This document shows, in pieces, positions 45,498 to 55,171 of a DNA stretch of 64,000 nucleotides; position 1 is the stretch's first letter; every line of letters starts with the position of its first letter. The position numbers and the translations under genes are program-made. The notes under the pieces are model-generated. The model searched no databases. It saw only the letters and a list, made by a program, of their open reading frames with translations, and was not told the origin of the DNA. The stretch comes from Candidatus Marinacidobacterales bacterium (lineage in GTDB: Bacteria > Acidobacteriota > Vicinamibacteria > Marinacidobacterales > SMYC01), in NCBI GenBank assembly GCA_965224085.1, contig CBDCYI010000005.1, positions 1,344,001 to 1,408,000 of the forward strand. Direction: 5' to 3'.

Positions 45498-47044
45498 GGC
45501 GAACTCGCTTTCCCCGGGTCGCTTCGCGTCGTGGCGATGACCCGATTCGATGAAACGAAGTAGCGGCGGGCCACCCGCGCGATGTCGTCCGCGGACACGT
45601 CCAGGCGGCGCGCCATGTATTCGGAGAGCGTTTTCCACGCGTCCATCGACTGGAAGTGGCCGATGGTGAAGGCGAGCTCCAGTCGATCCGCTCTGGTCTG
45701 CTCCCATTCCAGTCGGAGGGAGCGCCGGGCTCGTTCGAGAAGCGCGGGATCGAGATGGCCAGCTCTCAGCTCTTCGATCGCCTCGAGCATCGCTCGCTCG
45801 GTTGCCGGAAGCGCCTCATCGCTCGTTGCCGCAGCCACGAAGTTGACCGCCGCCGGCGTGCCGAAGCGGTAGATGTGGATCACGCGAAAGTCCGCGCCGA
45901 CGGAGCTCGCCAGCCCCTGTCCGATCAAAGGATTGCTGAGCAGACCGTGACGCCCCTGCGCCAGCGCCGCGATTGTGTCCAGCGCGGGACGGTCGGGGTG
46001 ACCGACTCCGGGAATGCGGTAGCGCACGACGATGCTCGGGTACAAGGGCTCTTCCCAGTCCAGCCGGATGGAGCTTCGCGGCACCGGTTCGGCTTCCAGA
46101 TCGAGCCGCGCCGGAGGCTCCGGCCCCCTCTCGATGATGCCGAAGTACCTTTCGGCAAGCGAGCGGGCGGTTTCCGCATCGATGTCGCCGACGAAGACGA
46201 GCGTGGCGTTGTTGGGAACGAAGTAGTCCTCGTACATTCGAATCATGCTCTCTCGATTGAAGCTCGCAAAGTCCCGCGGATGCCCGCCGTCCGGCGTGTA
46301 CACCGGATGGGCGAGAGCGGTCACGCCGTCGATCGCGTGATTCAGGCGCGTTTCGGGACGACTCAGCCCGTTCAGGATCTGCTCGAGCACGGTGAACCGT
46401 TGCGCTTCCCACCCGCGCAAAACGGCGTTCACCATGCGCTCGGCTTCCTGGCGAAAGAAAAGCCCGATCGCCTCCTTGGGCAGCTCCACCGTTATCTCGA
46501 GGTACTCTTGCTCCGTGCTGGCGGGTACCGGATCCTCGTGTCGTGACAAAGCGCCGTATCGGCGATACCAGTTGTACTCTTCCCAGAACACGCGGTGTGG
46601 CGTCTGGCGGTCTTCCAGCGCGTAGAGCTTTTTTCGCAGCGTTTCGATCGCCGTTGTGCTCGGCCAGTCGAGCTCGTCGTAGAACACCTCGCGGATGCGC
46701 AGCTGGTTGCGCGCGCGACGGCGCTCTTCGAGAAGCTTCTGTTCCGTCTCGTAGATCTCCTGGAGAATCGGCAGCTCCGCGTGGAAGTCGGTCGTTCCCA
46801 CCGTCGTCGTTCCCTGGTGAATCACGTGCTCGAGAAAGTGGGCGGCACCGTGCTCACCGGCGAGCTCCTGCATCGAGCCGAAGCGGTACCACAGGCTCGC
46901 CGCAACCCGGGGCACACGATGGTCCTCGACGACGAGCAGACGGAACCCGTTGTCGAGAACGCTCTCCTGGATGTCGAGCGGGCTCGCGGCGAAGGCGATT
47001 GCAGGAACAAACGCGGCGGCGACGAAAAGTCTGGCTCTTTTCAC
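45494..47044 (-). CDS. M16 (pitrilysin-like) peptidase subunit
   Basis: LDNGFRLLVVEDH, GAAHFLEH and YFVPNNATLVFVGD. Confidence 0.88.
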   Translation of the reverse strand: MKRARLFVAAAFVPAIAFAASPLDIQESVLDNGFRLLVVEDHRVPRVAASLWYRFGSMQELAGEHGAAHFLEHVIHQGTTTVGTTDFHAELPILQEIYETEQKLLEERRRARNQLRIREVFYDELDWPSTTAIETLRKKLYALEDRQTPHRVFWEEYNWYRRYGALSRHEDPVPASTEQEYLEITVELPKEAIGLFFRQEAERMVNAVLRGWEAQRFTVLEQILNGLSRPETRLNHAIDGVTALAHPVYTPDGGHPRDFASFNRESMIRMYEDYFVPNNATLVFVGDIDAETARSLAERYFGIIERGPEPPARLDLEAEPVPRSSIRLDWEEPLYPSIVVRYRIPGVGHPDRPALDTIAALAQGRHGLLSNPLIGQGLASSVGADFRVIHIYRFGTPAAVNFVAAATSDEALPATERAMLEAIEELRAGHLDPALLERARRSLRLEWEQTRADRLELAFTIGHFQSMDAWKTLSEYMARRLDVSADDIARVARRYFVSSNRVIATTRSDPGKASSP

Positions 47045-47118
47045 GGTAGCTCCTGTCGGGAAAATGGACTTGAAGCCGAGCCGGATTGTATCCGTCTCTG
47101 TCGCCGAATGCCAACTTT

Positions 47119-48300
47119 TCAGCGCGAAGAGGCTTCCGGACGAGAAAGCGCCTCGAAACGCGCGAGGGCGGCGGCCGCCGCTGCCTCGTTTCCCAGGAAT
47201 CGATGCGTGAATCCGAGTCGATAGAGCGCTTCCTTGTAGTCCGGCGCGAGCTCGACCGCTTTGTCGAAGAGTTCGACCGCCCGCTCCAGCTCGTCTCGCT
47301 GCAGAGCGATCTTGCCGAGAGTGAAATAGGCTTCCGAGAATGTCGGATCGCGATCGATCGCCTGCCGGAAGTACCCCTCCGCACGTTCGAGCTCGTTGTT
47401 TCTGAGTGCGATGAGCCCCACCACGTGATAGGCGCGCATCAGATCGGGGTCCATTTCGATCGCGCTTTCGAGTAGCCGGAGCGCCTCCTCGTGTTTCGAG
47501 AACCTCCAAGCGATGTAGCCGAGCTGAAGGAGCGCCTCGCCCGAGCCGGGATGAAGCTCGAGAGATCGACGAAAAGATGCCTCGGCGAGAACGAGCTCCT
47601 CTTGACCCAGGTGAGCGCGACCGAGGTCGAAAAAGACGTCGGGAGCCGCGCCGCCTCGATCGATGGCCGCCTGGAGCTCGCTCTCGGCGAGCGGCCACTT
47701 TTCCTGCTTCAGGTACAGACCACCGAGGAATCGTCGGAGCTGTGGATCTCCGGGGACCAGAGAAACCGCCCGCGCGGCCGCCTCGATGGCCTCTTCGGTG
47801 CGACCGAGGAGATCGAGTGCGGCCCCCCGGAAGTACAGGGGCTCGGCTCTCGTCGGTGCCTCGCGTCCTGCTTCCTCGAGCAGTTCGAGGGCGCGATCGT
47901 AGTTGCCGGCCTGTCCCTCGTATTGGGCGAGGGCGAGCATCGCCTCGACGTACTTCGGATTCAGCTCGAGCGCGCGTTCCAGGTGAATACGCGCCTCCGG
48001 GCGGCTACCCCCCATGAGGTAGGCGGAACCGATTTGCAGCGCGACCTCCGGGCTCGCAGGGTAACGACCGAGAACTTTTTCGAAGAGCGCCGCTGCCTCG
48101 ACGAGCCGTTCCAATCGCACGTAGACCGCGCCGAGCTGAAACTGGGCGGGGGTGAAGTTCGGCTGCAACTCGAGTGTCCGCTTGAGCACCGACTCCGCGT
48201 CCAGGAGTTTGCCCTCCTGGTACAAACGCTTTCCGAGCTGGTAGCCTTCCTCCGCGGACTGAAGGGAGAGAAGTGTCGCGAGGAGGAGAAGAGCGCGCAT
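47119..48300 (-). CDS. Secreted tetratricopeptide repeat protein
   Basis: Signal peptide followed by about 10 TPR-like units (A...LG..Y...A...F..A....P). Confidence 0.9.
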   Translation of the reverse strand: MRALLLLATLLSLQSAEEGYQLGKRLYQEGKLLDAESVLKRTLELQPNFTPAQFQLGAVYVRLERLVEAAALFEKVLGRYPASPEVALQIGSAYLMGGSRPEARIHLERALELNPKYVEAMLALAQYEGQAGNYDRALELLEEAGREAPTRAEPLYFRGAALDLLGRTEEAIEAAARAVSLVPGDPQLRRFLGGLYLKQEKWPLAESELQAAIDRGGAAPDVFFDLGRAHLGQEELVLAEASFRRSLELHPGSGEALLQLGYIAWRFSKHEEALRLLESAIEMDPDLMRAYHVVGLIALRNNELERAEGYFRQAIDRDPTFSEAYFTLGKIALQRDELERAVELFDKAVELAPDYKEALYRLGFTHRFLGNEAAAAAALARFEALSRPEASSR

Positions 48301-48342
48301 GGCCGGACGTGCTCGAAAACTAGCACCCGTTTCGACGAGCTG

Positions 48343-50076
48343 TCAATCGACGCGCGACGGAACGTGACTCGTAGAGGCGCCGCTGTCGACATCCATGGGC
48401 AGGGCTTGCACGATCCCCCCTCCCTCTTTCACGACATAGAGGTGATCCGCGTCGAGTGGCCCCAGATTCTCTATCGTCCCGCTCGGCCATAGAAGCTCCA
48501 CCCGCTCCACCCCCAAAGTGTTTCCCAGGCCGAAGTGAACGCGCAGATCGTTGTGGCTGCAGTAACTGTAGGCACCGTGCACGTCTCGCAGTTGCTGACG
48601 GCCCGCAGCGTGAATCCGCACCCGCGTCCCGATGCCGTCGCGGTTGGCTTCACGCCCGACGGCCCTTATTGCCAGCATGTGATTCTGGTGTACCCCGTCG
48701 TTTCTCAGCAGGTTGGGCGACGCTCGCGAGTTGGTCACGAGGAGGTCCACGTCGCCGTCGTTGTCGTAATCACCGAATGCTGTTCCACGGCTCGAGCGGC
48801 TGAGCTCGAAGTGGCCGTCCGAGATTTCGCTCACGTCTTCGAATCGCCCGCGCCCATCGTTGTTGAATAGGAGGTTCGGCTGCTCAAAGAACACGCCGTC
48901 ATCGACGAAGTCGACGGTCTCCAGTACGTGGCCGTTTGCCACGAAGGCATCCAGATCGCCGTCGTTGTCGTAGTCGACGAAACCGGTCCCGAATCCTACG
49001 TACATCAAGCTCGGCTCGCCCATTCCGGACCGAGTGGTCTCGTCCACGAACCAGGCGCGTCCGGTGTTCCGATAGAGGGTGTTCGTCTCGTCGTAATAGT
49101 TGGTCACGAAGAGGTCCAGCAGACCATCTCCGTCGTAGTCGCCGAAGTCGACGCCCATCCCCGCCTCGGCGAGCCCGTCCTCGCTGAAAGCGACGCCCGA
49201 CAGGAGGCCGACCTCTTCGAAGCTGCCATCACCGCGATTTCGCCAGAGAAAGTTGGGTACCGAGTCGTTCGCGACGTAAATGTCCGTGTCGCTGTCGTTG
49301 TCGTAGTCGACCATCACGACGCCCAGACCTTTGCCCTCGTTGGTGGAGACGCCCGCCGAGCGGGTCACGTCGCTGAAAGACCCGTTCCCCTCGTTCCGGT
49401 ACAGGACATCGGGGAGACCGTGATAGACCCGCGGGTGACAGTAGTCTCGTCCGCCTGTCTCGGGACCCCCACAGACGATGTGATTCTCGAGACTGAAGTC
49501 GACATAGTTGGCGACGTAGAGATCGAGATCCCCGTCGTTGTCGATGTCACCGAACGCGCTACTCGTGCCCCAGAGCTCGCAACCGAGGCCGGCCTCCGCG
49601 GTCACGTCGGCGAACGTTCCGTCACCGTTGTTCCGGTACAGCACGTCGGGCCCGAAGTTGGTCACGTACAGGTCGAGGAACCCATCGTTGTCGTAGTCGG
49701 CGACCGCCGTCCCCATGCCGTAGCCGGGATCCCCCACCCGCGCGTGCGCCGTCACGTCGGTGAACGTGCCGTCCCCGTTGTTGCGATACAAAACGTTCCG
49801 GGGGGTCGTTTGGGTCTGAAAACCGGGGAGCGCCGCGCCGTTGACGAGATACAGATCGAGGAACCCGTCGTCGTCGTAGTCGAGCAGCGCGGCTCCCGCT
49901 CCGACGATCTCCGCCATGTACTTTTCCCCTGAGGAGCCCCGGACGTGGGTGAAGTCGATACCGGCGGCCTCGGTCCGATCGGTGAACGTCACCGGCACCG
50001 CATGGCTCGACTGTAGAAGGGTCGCGGAAGCGGTCCCGAGGCAAAGGATGGTTGCCAGGAGCGCAGGGTGAGGCAT
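48343..50076 (-). CDS. CRTAC1 family protein (FG-GAP repeats plus ASPIC/UnbV)
   Basis: Repeated DYDNDGxxD and LYRNxGDGTF; C-terminal RVHFGLG..WPSG. Confidence 0.92.
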   Translation of the reverse strand: MPHPALLATILCLGTASATLLQSSHAVPVTFTDRTEAAGIDFTHVRGSSGEKYMAEIVGAGAALLDYDDDGFLDLYLVNGAALPGFQTQTTPRNVLYRNNGDGTFTDVTAHARVGDPGYGMGTAVADYDNDGFLDLYVTNFGPDVLYRNNGDGTFADVTAEAGLGCELWGTSSAFGDIDNDGDLDLYVANYVDFSLENHIVCGGPETGGRDYCHPRVYHGLPDVLYRNEGNGSFSDVTRSAGVSTNEGKGLGVVMVDYDNDSDTDIYVANDSVPNFLWRNRGDGSFEEVGLLSGVAFSEDGLAEAGMGVDFGDYDGDGLLDLFVTNYYDETNTLYRNTGRAWFVDETTRSGMGEPSLMYVGFGTGFVDYDNDGDLDAFVANGHVLETVDFVDDGVFFEQPNLLFNNDGRGRFEDVSEISDGHFELSRSSRGTAFGDYDNDGDVDLLVTNSRASPNLLRNDGVHQNHMLAIRAVGREANRDGIGTRVRIHAAGRQQLRDVHGAYSYCSHNDLRVHFGLGNTLGVERVELLWPSGTIENLGPLDADHLYVVKEGGGIVQALPMDVDSGASTSHVPSRVD

Positions 50077-50221
50077 CTCTCGGTGTCTCTGTCTCGTCGC
50101 AACGGCGCTGGCCGAGGACGACGGCGCTTCAACGGGCACCGACCGCATGCTAGCATCTGCCGAAAACGGCTGTCAATCTCACGAATCGCTTGATGGTAGG
50201 CGTTATGATGCCGATCTCGGC

Positions 50222-51871
50222 ATGAGCGGATATCGTCTGTCTACGATCGCGCTCCTGGCCGGGCTCGTTCTGCCCGCGGCCGATTCGATGCACTTCGAAG
50301 ACGTCACCAAAGAAGCCGGCCTCACCTCCCCCAACATGTTCGGGGGCATCGACGAGAAGCGCTACATCCTCGAGACCACGGGCACCGGCGCGGTTTTCTT
50401 CGACTACGACGAGGACGGAGACCAGGACCTTTTCCTCGTCAACGGAACCCGACTGGACTACAGCGAGCTCGCGAGTCCTTCCAACACGCTCTACCGAAAC
50501 GACGGTCTCGGTTCGTTTACGGACGTGACCGGTGCCGCGGGCCTCGAGCGCTACGGTTGGGGCCAGGGCGGGGCGGCATCGGATATCGACAACGACGGCG
50601 ATCTGGACCTCTTCGTAAGCTACTACGGTCCGGACCTTCTGTACCGCAATAACGGAGATGGGACCTTCACCGAGGTCGGGGAAGCGGCCGGTGTGGCCGA
50701 TCGCGGTTGGAGCACCAGCGCCGCGCTCGCCGACTACGACCGGGACGGTTACAACGATCTCTTCGTCGCCAGCTACGTGGAGTTCGATCGGGACACGATC
50801 CCGGGGCCCGGGGAGGCTTCGAATTGCTTTTTCGTCGGCATCCCCGTGTTGTGCGGACCCAGAGGACTCCCGCCGGCGCGAAGCCGCTTGTACCGTGGTC
50901 GCGCGGACGGCACGTTCGAAGATCGAAGCGGTGTTTCGGGCGTCGCCGGGGAGGCTTTCTACGGCCTGGGTGCGGTTTGGGGGGATCTCGACAACGACGG
51001 CGACGTCGATCTGTACGTCGCCAACGACCAGACGCCGAACAACCTCTACCGAAACGAGGGTTCGGGGAAATTCACGGAGATCGCACTTTCCGCCGGCGTC
51101 GCGTACAACGCCGACGGGCGGGAGCAGGCCGGCATGGGAGTGGATCTCGGCGACTACGACAACGACGGCTGGCTGGACATTCACGTCACGAACTTCTTCC
51201 ACGATCACAACACGCTGTATCAGAACACCGGAAGGGGATTTTTTCGCGACGTGAGCTTTCCGTCCGGACTCGGCAACGATAGCTTCTTGTACCTCGGTTG
51301 GGGGACGGGCTTTCACGACTTCGACGCGGACGGTCGGCTGGATGTTTTTGTGGTCAACGGCCATATCTACCCGGAGCTCTCCTCGGAGCAGGTCGACAGC
51401 GACTACGCGCAGCGCGACCTGGTGTTCCTTCAGCGAGACGACGGGCGTTTCGAAGAGGTCGGTCGAAGCGCGGGACTCTCGCAGATGCAGGTCGGACGGG
51501 GAGCCGCGTTCGCCGATTACGACAACGACGGCGACGTCGATGTCGTGGTGACCAACATGAACGCCTTGCCGTCTCTGCTGCGAAACGACTCGCCCCCGCA
51601 TCACTGGATCGGACTGCGCCTCGTCGGAAGAGACAGCGCCCGCGATGCCCTGGGAGCGCGGGTCACGCTGGTGGCCGATGAGCGGACCCAGATGCGGGAG
51701 GTCCGGAGCGGCGCCAGCTATCTCTCGCAGAGCGACCTACGGCTGTTCTTCGGGCTCGGCGAGCGCGAGAGCGTCGATCGGGTCGAGATTCGCTGGCCCC
51801 GGGGCCGGTTGCAGGTTCTGGAGCGGCTTCGACTCGACGGCTACACCGTGGTCCTCGAACCACGTCCATGA
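50222..51871 (+). CDS. CRTAC1 family protein (FG-GAP repeats plus ASPIC/UnbV)
   Basis: Repeated DYDNDG motifs; SYLSQSDLRLFFGLG..RWP. Confidence 0.92.
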   Translation: MSGYRLSTIALLAGLVLPAADSMHFEDVTKEAGLTSPNMFGGIDEKRYILETTGTGAVFFDYDEDGDQDLFLVNGTRLDYSELASPSNTLYRNDGLGSFTDVTGAAGLERYGWGQGGAASDIDNDGDLDLFVSYYGPDLLYRNNGDGTFTEVGEAAGVADRGWSTSAALADYDRDGYNDLFVASYVEFDRDTIPGPGEASNCFFVGIPVLCGPRGLPPARSRLYRGRADGTFEDRSGVSGVAGEAFYGLGAVWGDLDNDGDVDLYVANDQTPNNLYRNEGSGKFTEIALSAGVAYNADGREQAGMGVDLGDYDNDGWLDIHVTNFFHDHNTLYQNTGRGFFRDVSFPSGLGNDSFLYLGWGTGFHDFDADGRLDVFVVNGHIYPELSSEQVDSDYAQRDLVFLQRDDGRFEEVGRSAGLSQMQVGRGAAFADYDNDGDVDVVVTNMNALPSLLRNDSPPHHWIGLRLVGRDSARDALGARVTLVADERTQMREVRSGASYLSQSDLRLFFGLGERESVDRVEIRWPRGRLQVLERLRLDGYTVVLEPRP

Positions 51872-52041
51872 ACACGCCACCGCGCGCTTGCGCCCGCTTC
51901 GACCAGTTAATCCAATTCAGTGGATTGCCATCCAAAGTATTGGAGGAATTCGACATGTTCGCCCTGGAAGCAAAGGCTCAGAGCGTGCATAATTTGTTGC
52001 ACAGAAAGACATTGACATCGTTCCCCCGATTCCCCAGTGGC

Positions 52042-52057
52042 TGGCGCTTTTCTTGCA
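52042..52057 (+). promoter_or_regulatory. sigma54 (-24/-12) promoter upstream of the TonB-dependent receptor
   Basis: TGGCGC-TTTTC-TTGCA (GG-N10-GC); palindrome GTGCA-N8-TGCAC at 51985-52002. Confidence 0.65.
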
Positions 52058-52209
52058 GGACATGTGCCGATTGGTAGGTCCACATCGGGCACTTCCATCA
52101 GCTATCGTCCACTTGCTGAACACCTACTGAAACAAGCGTGGTCGTACGAAACGTCGTGGGGCGGTTTCTTCGGCAAGCGTTTGCTACAAGAGAAGGAGGG
52201 TTACCAAAC

Positions 52210-55038
52210 ATGAACCCTAGATGGGTACGCTCAGTCTTGTTCTCGCTGTTGCTCATCGACAGTCTGGCCGGTACCGCGACGGCGCAGTTCGAATCCCGCG
52301 GAAGCGTCTACGGGGTAGTCACGGACCAGGAGGGGTTGGTCCTGCCCGGCGTCACGCTCGCCTTGACCAGTCCTTCGCTCCTCCAGTCCCAGACGACCGT
52401 GAGCAGCAGTCAGGGCAGATACCGCTTCCCCGCTCTCGATCCGGGTGAGTATCGCGTGGAGGCCAGCCTCAGCGGATTCCAGACCGTAACGCGTGAGAAC
52501 CTCCGTGTCACCGGCGGTCTGAACGTCCAGGCAAACATCACGCTGGGGCTCGCCGGGAGGGAGGAAACCGTCACCGTCGTGGGCACCTCGCCGACCATTG
52601 ACTTCAAGCAAAACGACATCCACGCGACCTGGGACGCGACGTTGGTCGAAGAGATCCCGACCGAGCGGAACATCAACTCGCTCATCAACTCGACCCCAGG
52701 AGTCAGCGACAGAACAGCCTACGGCTCGCTCCGCTCCGAGAACACCTGGTTGTTCAACGGCGTGGTGGTGAACGATCCAGCGACCCAGGGCTCGTCCTTC
52801 ATGGCCTATGACGTGGACAGCTTCGAGGAGGTTCAGGTCGTCACCGGCGTCAAATCCGCCGAGATCCGCGGCGCCGGCATCTTCATCGACATCGTGAGCA
52901 AGTCGGGAGGAAACGACTTCAGTGGGGGCGGGTACTTCTACGGCCAGACGGACTCCTTCGCTTCGGACAACGTGAGCGACGAGCAGCGCGCACAGGGCGT
53001 CACCGGAGGCAGCGGGGTGCTGCACGAATACGACGGCGGTGGACAGCTAGGTGGACCCATCCTGCGCGATCGCTTGTGGTTCTTCGCCTCGGTTCGTTTC
53101 CTGGACATAGACCAGAAGGTGATTGGGTTCACGCTTCCCGACGGCTCGGAGGGGAGCCTCCCGAGAACCCGCCAATTTTACACCGTCAAAGCCACCGGGC
53201 AGCTCGGGGACAACCACAAGGCCCAGTTCTTCTGGTCGCGCTCGACGAACCGGACGTGCTGCCGCGGCGCCAACCGGAACACCGCGCCGGAAGCGGTCTG
53301 GAAACAAGACTCCTTCGGAGACGTGCTCCAGGGAACCGTGACTTCCGTTCTCAGCGACAACGTGTTCGCCGACTTTCGCGGCGGCATATTGCTCGGGGAC
53401 TTCCCGCTCGTAGTGAACGAGGAGTTCGCCGGCCCCAACCCGGTGAGACGCATCGAGCTCACCACTGGAAAGATCACCGGAGGACCCCAGCAGATCCGGC
53501 ACCACTTCCGCAGCCGCTACAACCTCAGCGGCGCGCTGACCTGGTTCTTGGAGAACGCCGGTGGAAGCCACGACATTCGCGCCGGCCTCCAGTTCGAGGA
53601 CGGCGGACAGGACGTCTTCCAGGACGTCGTCGGGGATGCCACCCTTCGGTTCGAGGACGGCGTAGCGGCGCAGGCGGAGATCTGGAACAGCCCGACGCAC
53701 TACTACGACAAGCTTCGCGACCTCGCGCTCCATGTCAACGATACCTGGACAATCGGCAACCAGCTGACGCTCAACCTGGGCGTCCGGGTGGCCTTCCAGG
53801 AGTCCTACTGGCCCGCCCAGAGCAACCGGGACGAGTCCCGATCCCCGTTCGTTGATCTCAACCGCACCGGTCTTTTCTTCCCTGATGAGGTCGTGCTGCA
53901 GGAGAACCGGAACATCGTGGATTGGACGAATACCGCTCCGAGATTCGGGGTGACCTTCGACCCGACGGGCGACGGTACGTGGGCGATCCGGGGGAGCTAC
54001 GGGCGCTACTTTGCCGCCCTGGACTCGGACTGGGCCGACGTCGCGAACCCGAACCTCCCGCGACGCTCGAGAGTCGCATGGGAGGACCTCAACGGAGACG
54101 GCTTGGCGACGCCGGATGAGATAGACTCGGAGGGCCTTCTCACGTTCGGTGACTCGTCCGGTTTCGGCGCCTTCGGGGACGAGATCGCGCCCGGCGTGAA
54201 GCAGCCCAACGAAGATCAGTACATGATAGGCGTCGATCGAAAAATCACCGACGATGTGAGCTTCACCGCGACCTTCCAGTACCGGAAGGGTCGGGACGGC
54301 GTGGGGTTCAGCAATCCACTCATTCCCTTCAGCGGCTACACCGAGACGAGCGTCGACAACCCGTTGGGCGCCGGAACCCTGCCGATCTTCAACCTGAACG
54401 ACGAGTTCCGAGGCCAGTTCAAACGAGTGATGGACAACCAGGAACAGGCGACACGCGAGTACAAAGGCATCGAGTTCCGCATCAACAAGCGCTACTCGGA
54501 CAATTGGCAGCTGATGGCGGCACTCACCATCGGTGAGGGGAAAGGCATCGCGACCAACTTCTTCCGGGGATACTGGCAGGACCCGAACCAGCTCACCCAC
54601 CGATTTGGCGCCGACGCCTTCGACTCTAAATATATCGGCCGTGTCGTGGGGACCTATCACTTGCCCGCCGACGTTCGCCTGTCCATGAACTACCGCGGGA
54701 CCTCCGGCCAGCCGAACACCCGTCGGGTGCGCATCAGCGGCCTCACCCAGGGCAGCCAGACGATCAATGCGGAGGTGCCTGGTGAGACCCGATTTCCGGC
54801 GCAGCATCTCCTGGACATCGGGATCGAGAAGTACTTCCGGCTGGGCGAGACCACCCAGATCGGATTCCTCGTCGATTTCTTCAACCTTCTCAACTCTAAC
54901 GCCGTGACCGGCTCCAACACGCTCTTCGGTACGATCCGCTATCCCGCGGCGACGTTCTCACCGAGCAGCTCGTTCGACGAGATCACGGACATCCTCAACC
55001 CGCGGGCCTTGCGATTGGGGGTGCGCGTCCGCTACTGA
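52210..55038 (+). CDS. TonB-dependent receptor (Oar-like, with carboxypeptidase-regulatory N-domain)
   Basis: G.V.DQEG.VLPGV, LGGPILRDRLWFF, APRFG..FD and terminal PRALRLGVRVRY. Confidence 0.93.
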   Translation: MNPRWVRSVLFSLLLIDSLAGTATAQFESRGSVYGVVTDQEGLVLPGVTLALTSPSLLQSQTTVSSSQGRYRFPALDPGEYRVEASLSGFQTVTRENLRVTGGLNVQANITLGLAGREETVTVVGTSPTIDFKQNDIHATWDATLVEEIPTERNINSLINSTPGVSDRTAYGSLRSENTWLFNGVVVNDPATQGSSFMAYDVDSFEEVQVVTGVKSAEIRGAGIFIDIVSKSGGNDFSGGGYFYGQTDSFASDNVSDEQRAQGVTGGSGVLHEYDGGGQLGGPILRDRLWFFASVRFLDIDQKVIGFTLPDGSEGSLPRTRQFYTVKATGQLGDNHKAQFFWSRSTNRTCCRGANRNTAPEAVWKQDSFGDVLQGTVTSVLSDNVFADFRGGILLGDFPLVVNEEFAGPNPVRRIELTTGKITGGPQQIRHHFRSRYNLSGALTWFLENAGGSHDIRAGLQFEDGGQDVFQDVVGDATLRFEDGVAAQAEIWNSPTHYYDKLRDLALHVNDTWTIGNQLTLNLGVRVAFQESYWPAQSNRDESRSPFVDLNRTGLFFPDEVVLQENRNIVDWTNTAPRFGVTFDPTGDGTWAIRGSYGRYFAALDSDWADVANPNLPRRSRVAWEDLNGDGLATPDEIDSEGLLTFGDSSGFGAFGDEIAPGVKQPNEDQYMIGVDRKITDDVSFTATFQYRKGRDGVGFSNPLIPFSGYTETSVDNPLGAGTLPIFNLNDEFRGQFKRVMDNQEQATREYKGIEFRINKRYSDNWQLMAALTIGEGKGIATNFFRGYWQDPNQLTHRFGADAFDSKYIGRVVGTYHLPADVRLSMNYRGTSGQPNTRRVRISGLTQGSQTINAEVPGETRFPAQHLLDIGIEKYFRLGETTQIGFLVDFFNLLNSNAVTGSNTLFGTIRYPAATFSPSSSFDEITDILNPRALRLGVRVRY

Positions 55039-55059
55039 TTCCGTCTGACTGACGTCAAC

Positions 55060-55098
55060 GAAGGGGGTTGGGGCATCTTGGATGTCTCAACCCCCTTC
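55060..55098 (+). terminator. Stem-loop after the receptor gene (terminator or mRNA stabiliser)
   Basis: gaagggggttggggcatc-ttg-gatgtctcaacccccttc. Confidence 0.75.
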
Positions 55099-55171
55099 TT
55101 CACTAGGGGGATAGAATTTCCTTCCCGGCTCGCGAGCCTGGTCGAGCCGGCGATCCGTGGGAGGCGAACCC

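Noticed and set aside
48343-51871. Recurrent gactacgacaacgacggc repeats as a CRISPR or DNA repeat array
   Set aside because: They encode FG-GAP DYDNDG motifs with irregular spacing; no CRISPR array or cas gene found in the window
51868-52077. 69-aa ORF between CRTAC1 and the receptor
   Set aside because: Overlaps promoter elements, has atypical composition and no motif
52170-52186. Second sigma54-like motif cggcaagcgtttgct
   Set aside because: GG to GC spacing is 9 rather than the required 10
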